A stretch of DNA of 63,130 nt, the filler included, from Rhabdomonas costata (lineage: Eukaryota), in NCBI GenBank assembly GCA_019059605.1. It is 21 parts of 21 records of this genome, joined end to end, with 100 filler letters (N's around TTAATTAATTAA, not from the genome) between each part and the next. Parts side by side here need not be neighbours in the genome. Positions count along the whole stretch, not along the records: positions 36,172 to 39,080 come from JAHMHO010001753.1; positions 39,181 to 42,088 come from JAHMHO010001754.1; positions 42,189 to 45,095 come from JAHMHO010001755.1; positions 45,196 to 48,101 come from JAHMHO010001756.1; positions 48,202 to 51,108 come from JAHMHO010001757.1; 16 more parts are not named here. The stretch is one strand, 5' to 3'. The translations under genes were made by a program, and so were the position numbers. The notes beneath the pieces were generated by a model. The model did not search any database, was not told the DNA's origin, and worked only from the letters and a program-made list of their open reading frames with translations. This document shows positions 36,497 through 49,187 of the stretch, piece by piece; position 1 is the stretch's first letter, and each line of letters starts with the position of its first letter.

Positions 36497-38222
36497 GGTG
36501 CATGAAGGCAGGCATGTCCGAACAGCAGATGGGCGCTTTAAAACTGCTGTTCTCGGTCTCTTTCCTTTTGGACTTTTTCCTTGCTGAGAAGGCAACTTTT
36601 CATTCTTGCTTTCCCCCTCACACTAGAAAGAAGGTTGCCGTTAGAGGAAAGGTGGAGTAGAAATTGCCTCCAGAATTCGAAGTGGCCTGTGACAGGTCAG
36701 CGTTAACGCGTTAACGGCACGGCAGCAGCAAAGGTCCGCGCACACAGCGCGAATAGTTTAAGAAACCGGTTGACAGATGACCAATTGAAGATGAGAAGAA
36801 TCATCATAAATTGACACCTGCCGGAATCACAATCGTCGCTAATTGGCTGACCAAACAAAGTTTTTGGTCGGGTTTTTTGTTCTCTTCGCGGTCGGTAACC
36901 GAGCAATCAAAAGACGGCCTATAGTTATCGAGCGTTTGAGCTGGGAGTGGGAGCGAAAATGTTTGAATGCTATTGGGCGATGGGATGCCTTCATTCTATC
37001 TCCAAGGTCGACCACCAATTCGTTGGACGTGGGACAGAGAGGACTGCTCCTCCGCGTATTTGACACAGGCCGTTGATCGGGACAAGAGCGGAGCTGTGGA
37101 TTTTCGGGAGTACTTGCTGGCGATCACCGTTCTCACGGAAAAGGAAGACTACACCGGGAAAATCGACCTTGCGTTTTCAATGTTCGATCAAGATGGGGAC
37201 CAACGGTACCCCCCCCCCTCCCACAGTATGGTGGTCTTCATTAGTAGTAAGTTTCATATAGCATGTTGTCACTTGGGAAGTGTTCTGAATGGTTGAATGG
37301 TTTTTAAAGACAGTTTTGCAATTTAGCTTGGAGAAAAATTGAGCCAGGGTTTTCCAGTGGTCCCTGCAATCCCGCCCCAGCGCACTGCGGCCAATAAAGC
37401 TCTTGGTTTGTTGTTCCGCTCTTTGTGATGAGTGAGTCCTCAACCCAATGACACAAACTCCGCCCAGAGTCCCTCGGTACCTGCAAATGTTACCGAGGGG
37501 GGGGGAGGCATAAGTGACAACCCGATTCAAACTGCCCCCCTCCACAAAAAGAGCAACTGCTACAGATGATAAATCGGTATCTCTCAGCGCCGTGCGGACG
37601 CGTGGTGGAACCCAAGGAGGTAGTAACGAGGCAGGGAATCAATGAAAACGGAAGCGTTGGTGATGGTTTGTTTTTGCCTTGTTCGCCTTGGAAAAATCGT
37701 AACCTGTGGAAAATGATGGTAACGTTGACGAACGAGTTTTTATCAACTTGTGTTTGCAGGATCAAATTGTGTTTGCAGGATCACAAAGGCGGAGATGTCT
37801 TCTGCTCTGCTCTTCCTGAACCGCGTGCTTGCGATCAAAGAGTTTGGCCATCACAGTCATGCTTTTCATGCCGCTTCTGAGGAAAACGTGAAGGCCGAGG
37901 TGGACACCTGGGTGTCGAGGCTCTACGCTCAGTTCGACTTGGTAGCCCCGTTGTTTTCGGGGAAGGGTAGCCTCATTTTGGTTTTCGACGGTTCATCGGT
38001 TCAGCGGCTCAGCGGTGTGCTGTTGCTTTGCCAGTGCACGATGCCAGGACCGGTTTTCTGAGCAGCTTCTTTACGCGCCTCTCACTTGATGAATTCATAA
38101 ATTTTTCCCAGCCATATCCACAATGCACCTGCTTGTCTTTAGCACAAGTGCTCGGCCCTCGATAAGGACGAATTCAGGGCTGTGGTGAGTCGGCATCCCT
38201 TCATCTTGCACCTTTCCACGAG
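36497..38222 (+). CDS. EF-hand calcium-binding protein (NCS/calcineurin-B-like, partial)
   Basis: Exons 36497-36555, 37069-37205, 37779-37941 and 38143-38222. EF loops DRDKSGAVDFRE and DQDGDQRITKAE, plus KIDLAFSMFD. Confidence 0.9.
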
Positions 38223-38479
38223 GTTCTCACACTGTCATTTGGGGCCTTTTTATTGGCTGCTTTCTTTGGCTCCGTCAAGTTGTCCAGTTGTCCCACAAGC
38301 TTCCGATTATTTCGGGTGAGTGAAAAACTTTTCCGCAAGGAGAAAAAAGGCTCCCACACATCACACAAGATGCAGCACCGGCGCAGTTGTTTGATGGCTT
38401 ACTTTACCGCACAGCAGGAAATGAAAGGAAAGGAAAGGAGGAGGCGAACAGAGCCAAACAGGAGGGAGGATAGTGGGCG

Positions 38480-39080
38480 CTCCGCGGCCCAAGACATCCT
38501 GGACAAAGTTCTACCGAGCACGTTCATCGTCAAGGCCACCCACCGCATCACCCATCATCAAAGCATCGCAAGAACAAGGAATACCAAGGGTCACCACATC
38601 GGAAGACACCTCAACACCGCTCAGAGAACCCAAAGCACCATCGACACCCATTGTACACTCAGCAATGCCACATGCACCCAAGAAATCCTCGACACCCATG
38701 CCAGCTATGCTCACACAAAACTCGCTTAAATCGAACCCACAAATGGGCACTGCGACGCCACCGATCGTATCTTCCCAGAACAACCACGCAACGGAGGGAC
38801 CGAAACCGAGACCGAAACAAACCCAGAGCACCAAGGATACCACACAAGCCCACACCAACATCTAGCGACCGCTCCAACACAAACAGGGGGAACAAGAATT
38901 CGTCAAAGCTTTGAGGGGTAGTTTGACAACGGAGAAGGAAGGCCAAGACACCGAAGACCGACAAAAAGGCAGAATACCGAGCACCCAAGCCACACCAGAA
39001 CCCACGAGCACCGAAGACAGAAGACCAACGCACCCACACCCAAACCCACGCGCACAAGAGGAACCCAGAGCACCCAACAC
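38480..39080 (+). repeat. A/C-skewed low-complexity tract
   Basis: The plus strand is strongly A/C-rich and T-poor; no recognisable protein motif. Confidence 0.55.
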
Positions 39081-40799
39081 NNNNNNNNNNNNNNNNNNNN
39101 NNNNNNNNNNNNNNNNNNNNNNNNTTAATTAATTAANNNNNNNNNNNNNNNNNNNNNNNNNNNNNNNNNNNNNNNNNNNNACACTTTTGCCTATGGCGAC
39201 GCCGTGAGTAGGGTGAGTAGCGATCACTATTCACGAATAGCGTTCGCGACTCAACCATGCACATATATGGTTTTCATCACCTTTCTCTTCTTCCATCTCG
39301 CAGAACCCTTTCGTTGGCGAAACATCGCTCAAAAGAGAGCAACTTGAGACACGTGCATGATAAAATGTATCCTGGGTCAGATTATTTTCGCGTCAAGGCC
39401 CGCCCCGGCGCGGCCTGAGCCAAACACATGAGCGCCATACACGTACATCTGGAATTCCAACAGAAGGCCAGCACGGGTAAGGGAGGCGGTGCACGTTCGG
39501 GGTGTACCAGCACTTGGCTTAAACCGCTTCCATGCGATCACAGAACCCCGTCAGGTACCGTTAGGTCCGTTCCCAAGTTTTTGCGTAGCGAACGCTGCTG
39601 CACGGAGGTGTGCGCACCCTTTTTGACATACCATCAGTTGGAGCTTTCACACTGCTGTTATCTTCCCCAAGTATCTTGCCTGCCTGCGGGTTGATCGTAA
39701 TTACTGACCGGGCCGTTCGCGGGGTAAACGCACCTGCTAAGTTTCATGTGCATGGCATGTTCAAGTTTGCATGAAACCCCACTGTGGAGACCAGCATAGG
39801 AAGAAAATGGAACAGAAGGTCGGTTTGGCAGCCGCTTGAGGTGAAACAATTTGGCGGCAGGTCGGGCACTGCCACAGCCGCTGTGTCAAGTTGCGTACCC
39901 GCGAGAACACATGTCATTGTAAAGCACGTCATTCGTTCACCTTCTCAGTTCGTTGTTGCGCGACTTACAACCACAATGCTCAAATGCATCATTCAACAGA
40001 AATTCCACAGAAAACCTTTTACCAGGTAATGGAAATATCGCCTGTGTGGTAGAAAAAAGCCTCCTTTAGAAGAGAACTGTAAAAAATCTCAGGTGGTGCG
40101 GAAGCGAGGGTTTCCAAAGTTTCACCACTCTACTCCTGCGCTTGCCGCAATCATAGGAAAGGGGAAGATGGCATGAGCTTGAAGCTACAGCTTGAAGCTA
40201 CTGTAGACAAAGCTACGGCAAGCACTCATATAAATTGGGCAGCGGCTGCTGAATGTTTGCGACAGCGGGATGTCAGCATTTGTCTGCTCCATCGCGGCGA
40301 GGATGCCATGTTGCGGGGTCAGCGAAGCGTATAAAAGACATCACAAAGGATGCCCACCTGCTCATGTTGTGCCACGGCCTATGCCGCGCCTGCAGCATCA
40401 CCGAGAGTGCTGCAACAGATAAAGAATGCACAAGATTGCACAGATGTGGCAGCTACGAAACTGCTAAAAAAAGAGAAAAAAAGAAATGGGAGGAAAGGGA
40501 ACCAAACTTGACGTCCTCGTTGCCCTTGTTTGGAATGGAGAAAAGTTGGAATGTGACCGATGGATTTCGGACAGCCACACACAGACACAGACACAAGGAT
40601 AAAAAGACACCAAAGCACATATGGCCACACAAACCACTCGGCAAAAGAGTATGGCCTCAGGGCACGGGTGCAGGGGTCTTTTCTTTTTGGAATGGACCTC
40701 TGGATTTGATCCTTCTGCTTTGGTAACACTGTCCGAGCACACAGGGAGCAAACATCCGTGGTGCTTCGCTCTGGCAAAGAAGGAGGTAACATCACCCAA

Positions 40800-41475
40800 C
40801 ACGTGAGCAACATTATGCCTCATAGCTAACAACGCTGCAAAAAAAAAAAAGAGGAGCGGAAACGAAGATGCACTCAGAGCCCCACAACGACTGAGTATGT
40901 AACTTAACCGTTAGACCGACAGGTCAGCCGCCCACCACACACACCCCTTCACTCCAGTCTTCCCGAAAAACAGACAAACAGAGAAATAAGACAGCAGCAC
41001 TTTGCAGCTGCTGTCATGTGGCAGGTTGTTTCATGGAAGACGTCCCGTTTTGCTCTCTCACACATGCACACGAACAAGCCAAGCACTGTGAGGGGAAAAC
41101 ACAAATTGGGTGAGGGACGCCGGTCGCACCCCCGAAGGAGCCTCCGACGACGTACAGCCCCATGCCAATGCGGTTACCCAGGACCGCATTCCAGGTCACC
41201 GGCCCCACCACCCCGATCAGCGCTATGAGGTTCCGCGCCAGCTCCGGGAAGGTGTAGTTCATCAGCATCGACTGAGAAAAGAAAGCTCGCACAGAAACCC
41301 CCTCCCCCAATTGGACGAGTGCAAGCGCAGTGCAAAATGCGCCCGACTGAAACTAATTGCGCGTGATGTCCATGAAAATGAAAACGGCAGCACATCGGAC
41401 ACCAGTGGGCGGGGATACTGGTCCCGCAACACGCCCGTAGTGAAGTAGTCCCTCAGAAACTGCGGCCTGGTGGAT
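40800..41475 (-). CDS. Hypothetical protein, possible alpha/beta-hydrolase GxSxG motif (partial)
   Basis: Exons 41475-41403, 41271-41130 and one starting at 40834 join in phase to give ...GLYVVGGSFG|ALLAMRH. Downstream exon limits are uncertain. Confidence 0.45.
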
Positions 41476-42188
41476 CTGTGGGGAAAAAAACGGTTCTTGA
41501 AATGTTGAAATGGTTGTGCTTTACTCTGTCAACTGCATCAACACACATCGACACTTTTTCCAAGACTCGCCATGAATCGTAAACCGCATCAAAAAAACCG
41601 AGCGTGCGCCAGCTCTACGCTCCCCGCGTCCTGCAGCTGGCTGCTCGTCTGCGACAGCTTCACGTGAAACCCAACCTCAAAAGATGACACCTAGCAGGCA
41701 GATAATTGCTTATTTGGGTTTTGACCGAGGCTGTGAAACACACAAGCCAAATTCAAACAGGGGCGGATGGAATAATAATAATCAAATACACAACCCAAAA
41801 ACCCAATAATACCCAATAATCAAAAACACAGCAGTATGCAATCAAACAGAGCCCCCGGCTGGAAGTCGGGGGAATGGGGCGAGACGGAGACTGCTCACGG
41901 CATCCATCCATCCCCCTTTATAATTGGTACTCGCGATCAAATAGAGCCGTCCTTCTCTCGAACAAAAGCGCATACTTCAGCATCCCCGGGCGAATGTACG
42001 CGGAGCCAAAGCAATAGAACCTGCACCAAAAAGAAGGAGAAAAAAAGGAAACGCCCTGCCTCCCGTTCAGCCCTCTGTCCCCAAACCCNNNNNNNNNNNN
42101 NNNNNNNNNNNNNNNNNNNNNNNNNNNNNNNNTTAATTAATTAANNNNNNNNNNNNNNNNNNNNNNNNNNNNNNNNNNNNNNNNNNNN

Positions 42189-42692
42189 GCTGAACTGGTG
42201 GGGAGGCTGGGCCACTCCCCTCGTTTGTGCGCAGTGGACTTGAACTTTCGAATGTTCTCGCACAGCCTGGACCGTGGGGTGGAAGTCCTGATGGCCGGAC
42301 TAGCTCATGCCTCAGGGACTCTTCGCCGAGTAAAGCTCAACCTGGTTGGCAATGGGCTGACTTCTCAGTGTGCCCCCTCGCTAGGGCGGCTGTCTCGCGG
42401 CCCTCGCTTGGTCGTTTTAGACCTCAGTTTGGAGCAAAACCAACTCGGGGATGAAGGGACCACGGCGCTGTGCGAGGGGCTGGCAGAGGGAGCCCCAGAG
42501 CTGCAGATGCTGCGGCTCAGTGTGGCCGCAAACGGGCTGACGGACGACGCGGTTCCTGCGCTGCGGAGGCTTCTGCAGAGAGGCATCGCCATGGCCCGGT
42601 TTGGGCTGACCTTCGGGGAGGTGGGGATGCAGCAAGGATGCCTGCTGGCGCAGCAGTACAGCCGCTGGGTGGTCTTCGAGTTTGTGGCGTGA
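42189..42692 (+). CDS. Leucine-rich-repeat protein (RNI-like), terminal part
   Basis: LxxLxLxxNxL repeats: LRRVKLNLVGNGL, LVVLDLSLEQNQLGDEG, LQMLRLSVAANGLTDD. Ends at TGA. Confidence 0.85.
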   Translation, partial: AELVGRLGHSPRLCAVDLNFRMFSHSLDRGVEVLMAGLAHASGTLRRVKLNLVGNGLTSQCAPSLGRLSRGPRLVVLDLSLEQNQLGDEGTTALCEGLAEGAPELQMLRLSVAANGLTDDAVPALRRLLQRGIAMARFGLTFGEVGMQQGCLLAQQYSRWVVFEFVA

Positions 42693-43145
42693 GGCCCCTC
42701 GAGACTACACTCGATTGTGTCAGCCGCCCATAAACCAGGGAGCATCAGTCAATTATGAGATGGCTGGCACTCAGCCTGAGTTCAGCTTGAGAGCGATTGT
42801 GGAGCTTCGCATTACGCTGTAAATCCGTCGATTCAGTTTTTATCGGCGTGTACGATTGGATTTTGGCGCGAGCAGGACGTGGAAATTTTCTTCGAAAAGG
42901 TTCACTAAAATCTACGCACTTCTGGCTATGTGGAACCATCGTATTTATTTTCACATCCGAACAACAGGAGACCACCATGCCTTCCTTTTCTAATATATTT
43001 GCAAATGGAGCACTTTTATGCTTTTGTAACAGCAAGTTGATGGTGAGAGAAACTTTGTTGGGAACCAAGTGAGCTTGACTGAGGGCGGTGGGAGAGTCCT
43101 TTGGACTTCTTTGGGCCTGCCTGCCCGCTGCTTTCACGTGACATC

Positions 43146-44759
43146 ATGGCAACGGGGACTCTACCCTCCACTTCTTCGGCTGCAAGCCACACCTTCACTG
43201 TGCAGGACTTCACCTGCCCTATCTGCATGGTGTGGCAATGGGAGGTGGGTGGGCATGGGTTGTGGAGTTGGTGTATGCTTTAGTTACGCTTGCTGGTGAG
43301 GTATTTTCAGTATTCTGTTGTCTTGCTGGGCAAGGTGCGCCACGCGGACGGGAGAGCACTTAACGCAAAAGTTCGTAGCGGACATTTCGGAATGAAAGGA
43401 AATTGTTTGTCTTTTGCGCGTCTTTTTTCCTTGCCATTTTTTTTCCCGATTCGCTTCATGTTCCACACAGGAGCTTCTTTATTCTCCTCGGACGCCTAGC
43501 TGCGGCCACACGTTCTGCGAGCAGGCATGTATCGCATTCTCCTCCTCCTCCTTCTGGGTCACTCGGGAGCTTTGCCGTTTGGCGAATGCCGAACAGTGGC
43601 CAGGAAAACCGTTTCAGAATGAAAGCGGTTGTGGAAACTTGTTTACATCCTTAGCCCTTTCAAGTGAAAGAGCACACGGTTTCTCTCTCTGTTTGTGATA
43701 ATGTCCTCAATTCATTTGGATAGTGCCTGGAGTCTTGGATTAGCAACGCCAACGACGAACGTGCGGTGGTGTGCCCCGTGGACCACAAACCCCTGTCCGC
43801 GGACATCCCGGAAGTCAACGTTCTAGTCAGGGGTACGCCCTCCTCCCTTCTCTGCTGATTTCATCTGTTCCTTCCATTTACCCTTCGTTCAGCTTTATTC
43901 CGCTTCCGGTTTACTGCGGTCTCACTTGCTGGTTCCACAATATTTGGGTTGCTCGATGTTCAAGGTGTTACAACAGGGTTGGCGCTTGACCTGCTGGGCT
44001 CGGCACCGACCCCAAAATGCGGTCCCCACGGTAGTGGACAGTCGGACGGCCCACGTAGATCACGCAGGATACCCACAATGGGTCGGTACTTCAGATCTCC
44101 TGGCGGAGGCTTTCCCAGCCGTTTATGAAGATGAGCGGGCTAGGATGTGGGTGGGTCATGGGATTCGAGAAATGCCAGCGAACTGGTCATGTGGTGGCAA
44201 GTGTTCTTTGTCAAAATAAACTGCGGTGTGCTCGTCAATAAGTTCTCTCATGGGACCTTTGCCAGCTTTAGGAAGGGCAATTGGCATTTCTCGAGAGCAG
44301 CGGTCAAGGGAAGGGGAAGATTTCTGGGGTCGGTATTGCGCAACTACCGCCTCGTTGCACAATTATGTGTGTGTTGCGCTTCTGTCACCTGGGGACCGGA
44401 GGGCCTCACGCGGGTATCATCATACCTTGTCTGGCCGGTTGGGTTTACATAGTGGAATGGTACTCCTGAGTTGAGTTTACGGGCAGCTTCCCACCCTTTG
44501 GCTGCATTTCTCTTGAAGGGTCCGTTTTGGACCTTTTTGTTGTATTTCTTATCATGTCTCCTGCCTCTGGTCATTTTTCAAATGCAAGTGGTTGTGCGCT
44601 GTTCCACGGTTGATTTTTCTGCCAGAGCTGATCCGGCAGGCTTTCTTGACGGAGTACGAGGCTCGGGGCCAGGCCGTCGCCGAGGCTCACGCCGTGGCCA
44701 TGGCGAAGGAGGCCCGGATGCTCTTCTGCCGCAGCAGACTCAACAGCAACATGATGCTG
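43146..44759 (+). CDS. RING-finger (C3HC4-type) protein (partial)
   Basis: Exons 43146-43229, 43471-43524, 43724-43832 and 44626-44759 give FTCPICM|ELLYSPRTPSCGHTFCEQ|CLESW...CPVD...NVLVR|ELIRQAFLTEYEAR. The second intron is GC-AG. Confidence 0.9.
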
Positions 44760-45399
44760 GTGCTGAAGTCAGATGAGCATGGGTGTGCCGCGCCCCATTG
44801 TGACACTATGGCATGGCATGGGGGGTGGGGTTAAACGTTTAACTTTTCGTGTGTAATGCTGCATCGTCTTCAATACCCTGCGAGAATGAGTCGCAATGCC
44901 GTCCACTGCAAGTGCCACTGCAAGTGGCGCGCCCTTCTGATTCACCAGAAAGTTTTTCTGGTGAACCTCCGGTGGGTGCAATATCGATTCGGTGTGGGAG
45001 TAGGGTGTCTGTGTCATCCCAAGGACAAAAATTCTTAAGAAACAAAATTGTGTCCACTTTATAACTTTCGTTCCAACCGTGAGAAACCCACACACNNNNN
45101 NNNNNNNNNNNNNNNNNNNNNNNNNNNNNNNNNNNNNNNTTAATTAATTAANNNNNNNNNNNNNNNNNNNNNNNNNNNNNNNNNNNNNNNNNNNNGGTTT
45201 GAGAATCAGCATGTCTGAACAGTGAGCAGGACACTTGAAATTACGTGTGCACACACTTCATTTCATTTCTGTATTTCAACATGAGAATTTTCCGTGTCAG
45301 AATCTCCTTTTCTCTCCGTGGGCCGCGAAAATCCTGACTTAGTTGCATTGCAAACGGTCTTATGCGTGTGTACGCGTGCGGCGAAAATATGGAATCCAG

Positions 45400-47612
45400 G
45401 CCTTGGTAGACTTTTTCTACCGTGACAACCTGAGCAGCCCCGAGGGAGACAAGGACTTGGCCTACCACCTCTTTCGCCGCAACTCTCGGGAGTACAGCCT
45501 CTGGGAGGACGTCTCCCGTCACGCGGGTATCGCCGAGAAATTACATTTCGATTTCGATTTCGATTTCGATTTCCATGGGTTTGGAAAGATATGCTGCAGT
45601 GCATAACCACAAAGGGTGACTAATTAGAGTAGAATGGGGATGGATTTTTGTTGCCCTCGTGCTGCTAATCAATTTGTCGTGCCTTTTTGGATCCATCGCT
45701 CAAGCATGGGTCAGTCCGCATCGGGACGGTCGGATTCTAGCTATATGCAAGACCTCTCCCGGTGTGTTTGTTTTGGTTCACTGAGGGCCGAGATGCGTTC
45801 AGAGCCTAAAAGATGATGAGGTGCTAACCCATCTCGAAGTAGACATGATTAATGGAAATGAGCAGTACAGGTTCCAGAGTTGTGTTTTGGGGTGCCTTTT
45901 GGGTGTCTTGTCCTTTTTGTTTTGTTTTGTTTTTCCATTGCATCTCTCTAATTGTGCCTTTGCGCTTCCCCCTTCAGGGCTGCACCTGCGGGACGAGCAC
46001 TGGCCTCTCCTGGAGGCCCACCGCTCCGAAGCCATGGCAGCGACTACTGTGCTGGAGAAGCACAGACACATGGTCAAGTTCAATGCCACCCTCCGCGCGG
46101 CTCTCACTGCTGGACCCCTTCCTGTGCCGGTGTGATTGTCGTGTTCTTTTTCGGTTTCGTTCTTTGAATTTTTTTCATGGATGCGTGCGGTGTGGTTTTG
46201 ATCCACAGTGTTATTTCCTCTTCTTGTGAACGTTTCTACAATCATCTTACAGATTCTGCTTTATTTATTTTATTTTATTTTATTAAAAATTCTCATTTTT
46301 TTTTAACAAAAACATTTTTAGGGGCTTTGAAAAATCTAATGCACGCTTCCGCTGTACAACGCTTACGGCTGCTGCGGAAGTCCGTCAGATTTGAGAGCCT
46401 TCTGCTTTTCCTATAAATTATAGCTCTTTCTTCTCGTGCAAGCTGTGATCACTACTCATTTGGTTCTACTTATGAACCAGAAGGTAGGTACTAGAGTTTG
46501 GCTTCTTTTCTTTATAATTATCGCCTTTGGTGCTTGGGGGGGGGGTGCAGCGAACTGCCTCCACGCCCTGTTGAAGGACACAAACTGCACACAACACTGC
46601 TGCACGATGATGTTCTCTGTGCGCAAATGCGATGGAAGGGTGAAGTTGAGACCCTCTTTTGGACTTTTGCGCAGAGCTTTCGGTCAGAGGAGCAGCTGCG
46701 GCAGGAGTCCGACCAGCTCAGCGCGCTGCTGCGGAAGCTGGCCACTTTTGTGTGCCCGTCGAACCTGGACCTCAGGGAGATCTTTGCCGTTCAGCAACAG
46801 TGGAACTGGGACAGGAGGTAACGTTGTTTTTCTTTTGGCCCCGGATTGCTCAGCGAGCGGGGTTATGTGTTATCTGTTTTCCGGCTCCTATAGGGTTTTG
46901 CGACCGGCACTATGCGGTTTTCTCTTAGTTTGGTCTCTGGAGGGGACCATTGTATCTATTATCGGGGGGGGGGCGTTAAACGCTAAGCACCGCTAGCAGT
47001 GCTAAACGGAACATCGCCCATCCCATGGAACGTCCCAACTCATCCGCCCGCTCCGACTGCGCCGCGGCGCTGGACTTCGCACCTGAACTAATCAAATCCC
47101 TTTTGTCATCTCCTGGGAACCGTTCATCACCCTTGGCCTCTCTGGAGTGAACGCATCTCTCGACTGAACACGTAGTTGTAGGTTGGCGCAAACGAATTCG
47201 GTGTTTGCGAACTTTGGCAATTTGATTCGATGCGCAAATAAGGCTGTTATTTCTTTCGCGGCTTAGGATGGAAGGGAATGCGAGAAAAATGCCTGCATAA
47301 CGTGGGACGGTCGGGGAAGCGCTGAGGTCCGGCCGACGTCCTTCCCGACCCCATTCAAAATCCGGCGCGTACGAGATAAAAGATTTCCGCGACTGCCTCC
47401 GCTCCCAGCTCGTAAGGAACCTTCATTTGCTTCTTCCGGCGAAAATGCACACGCGCACCCCCACAGGTGCCAGGCCCTGGTTGCCCAACTGAACGCCATG
47501 GACGTGGACGTCTGGGCGCTGCAGGAGCTGGACGAGCTTTTCTCGCTGCGGGCGCTGTTGCGGCCGCGCTACGAGCTGGCCGCCTTCAAGCAGCGCGCGA
47601 TCACGCCCAAAG
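45400..47612 (+). CDS. EEP-family nuclease/phosphatase, CCR4/Angel/nocturnin-like (partial)
   Basis: Exons 45400-45526, 45978-46129, 46675-46817 and 47467-47612. WNWDRR|CQALVAQLNAMDVDVWALQELD matches the WxxR...DxxxLQE motif. Confidence 0.8.
45546..45572 (+). repeat. (TTTCGA)n microsatellite
   Basis: Direct inspection. Confidence 0.9.
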
Positions 47613-49187
47613 GTGAGCCAACGTGGAGAGCCCCCAAAGGTGAGCGGGTGGAGCCCTCACCCCTCACCGGGTGGTCCCCTCCGCCGTTCGAGGCCCCTCC
47701 CGAGTTTCTGCAAATATAAGGGGAGGGGGAGTACTTTGTGCGAGTTGTAAGTCCTGTCCATTTGCGAAGAACTCCTGCTAAACGTCTGCTTTTCACGGGC
47801 GTCTCTGGTTCATCTGAGACACGTTAATGAGAACTTTTGGGCCCCTTACCTTGTGGCGATTGGTTGGGAGGATGGGGTGGGGTCAGATTGCCTTCACCCA
47901 TACGCTTAGTCGAGACCAGCGGGTTAGACCGTGATATGTATTCGAGCCGATTTCGATGCCTGACAGTATCTGTCCCATTGTTTACCCTTTACACCCAACT
48001 TAGTGAGTGGGAGGGACACCACAGATACAGACACACAGGTGCGCGCATGTGTGAAAAGTTTCAATATATTTTAAACGTGGCTGTGAGTAAACCCAAAAAC
48101 CNNNNNNNNNNNNNNNNNNNNNNNNNNNNNNNNNNNNNNNNNNNNTTAATTAATTAANNNNNNNNNNNNNNNNNNNNNNNNNNNNNNNNNNNNNNNNNNN
48201 NGGGGTGACGGTAAGTGTCAGGGCACCATACAAAAGCAGCGCAAACCCAGCGCCGAAATAACGAGACGGCGAGCGTTAGAAAAAAGTCCCGTTTCAACAC
48301 CGCCCCAGTAGCCGGCAAGGCCAAGGCCACGGGCGGCTTGGGCCACGCGCAGCACAGAGGTCCAGGTTCCCTCACCCCATCTTACAGCTCCTCAGGCAAA
48401 CAGTGGGCATCATCTATGCATTCACCTGCGCAAGAGAAGTAGAAGACGCGAAGCTCTGCCTTATGAACCCTTTCCGCCTGCAGCCTCCAATGACCGCACC
48501 AATTCGTTCATTCGACCTGATAAATTGTGTGAGAATCACTCTGGTTAGGATATGAATCTTCCAAGTCCATCAGTTCCTCACATCGCGCTACTTTAAAGGG
48601 ACGGGGACGAAGAGCGAGGGCACCAGGCCACTGTGTGACTGGGGAACGTGTACGTGGACGTTGGACTCTGAAATAAGGGTGGTGGTTGCTCTTTCGTCTC
48701 ACTCGAGACAAAAGCAAAAGGGGACGTCTTTAGTTGAAGCAAACCTATACCTCGCAATATACCAAAGCGTGCAGCCGGTTTAAGAATGGTACAAGACACA
48801 GAGGTCACCACTTCCCCCACTCAACCGCTTAACAAAGTCCTATTCCAACTCACCTTCACGTTCTCAACGTGTGAGCTTCAACTCAGGTTACTAGGTTACT
48901 GTTACAGTAGAGGTCTCCACAGAGGGTTTGGGATTTACAAACTTACGCACAAAATCACGAATATCATTGATATACGCATAGCATTGGTGTGCGTATGGTA
49001 TATCGGGGAGAGCATTGCATAACTCAGAAGCAAGTACAAGTAGTTGCCAAACCACTTGCGGTTCGGGGAGGATTGGGAACAGTTGCTGACGAAGAATACA
49101 GGTGCACATCAGCTGCGATAGAAAGATTTGAGAAAGCTTTGCATCCTCCGACGGTGGAAAACTGAGAGAAGGCATCATACCAACGGA

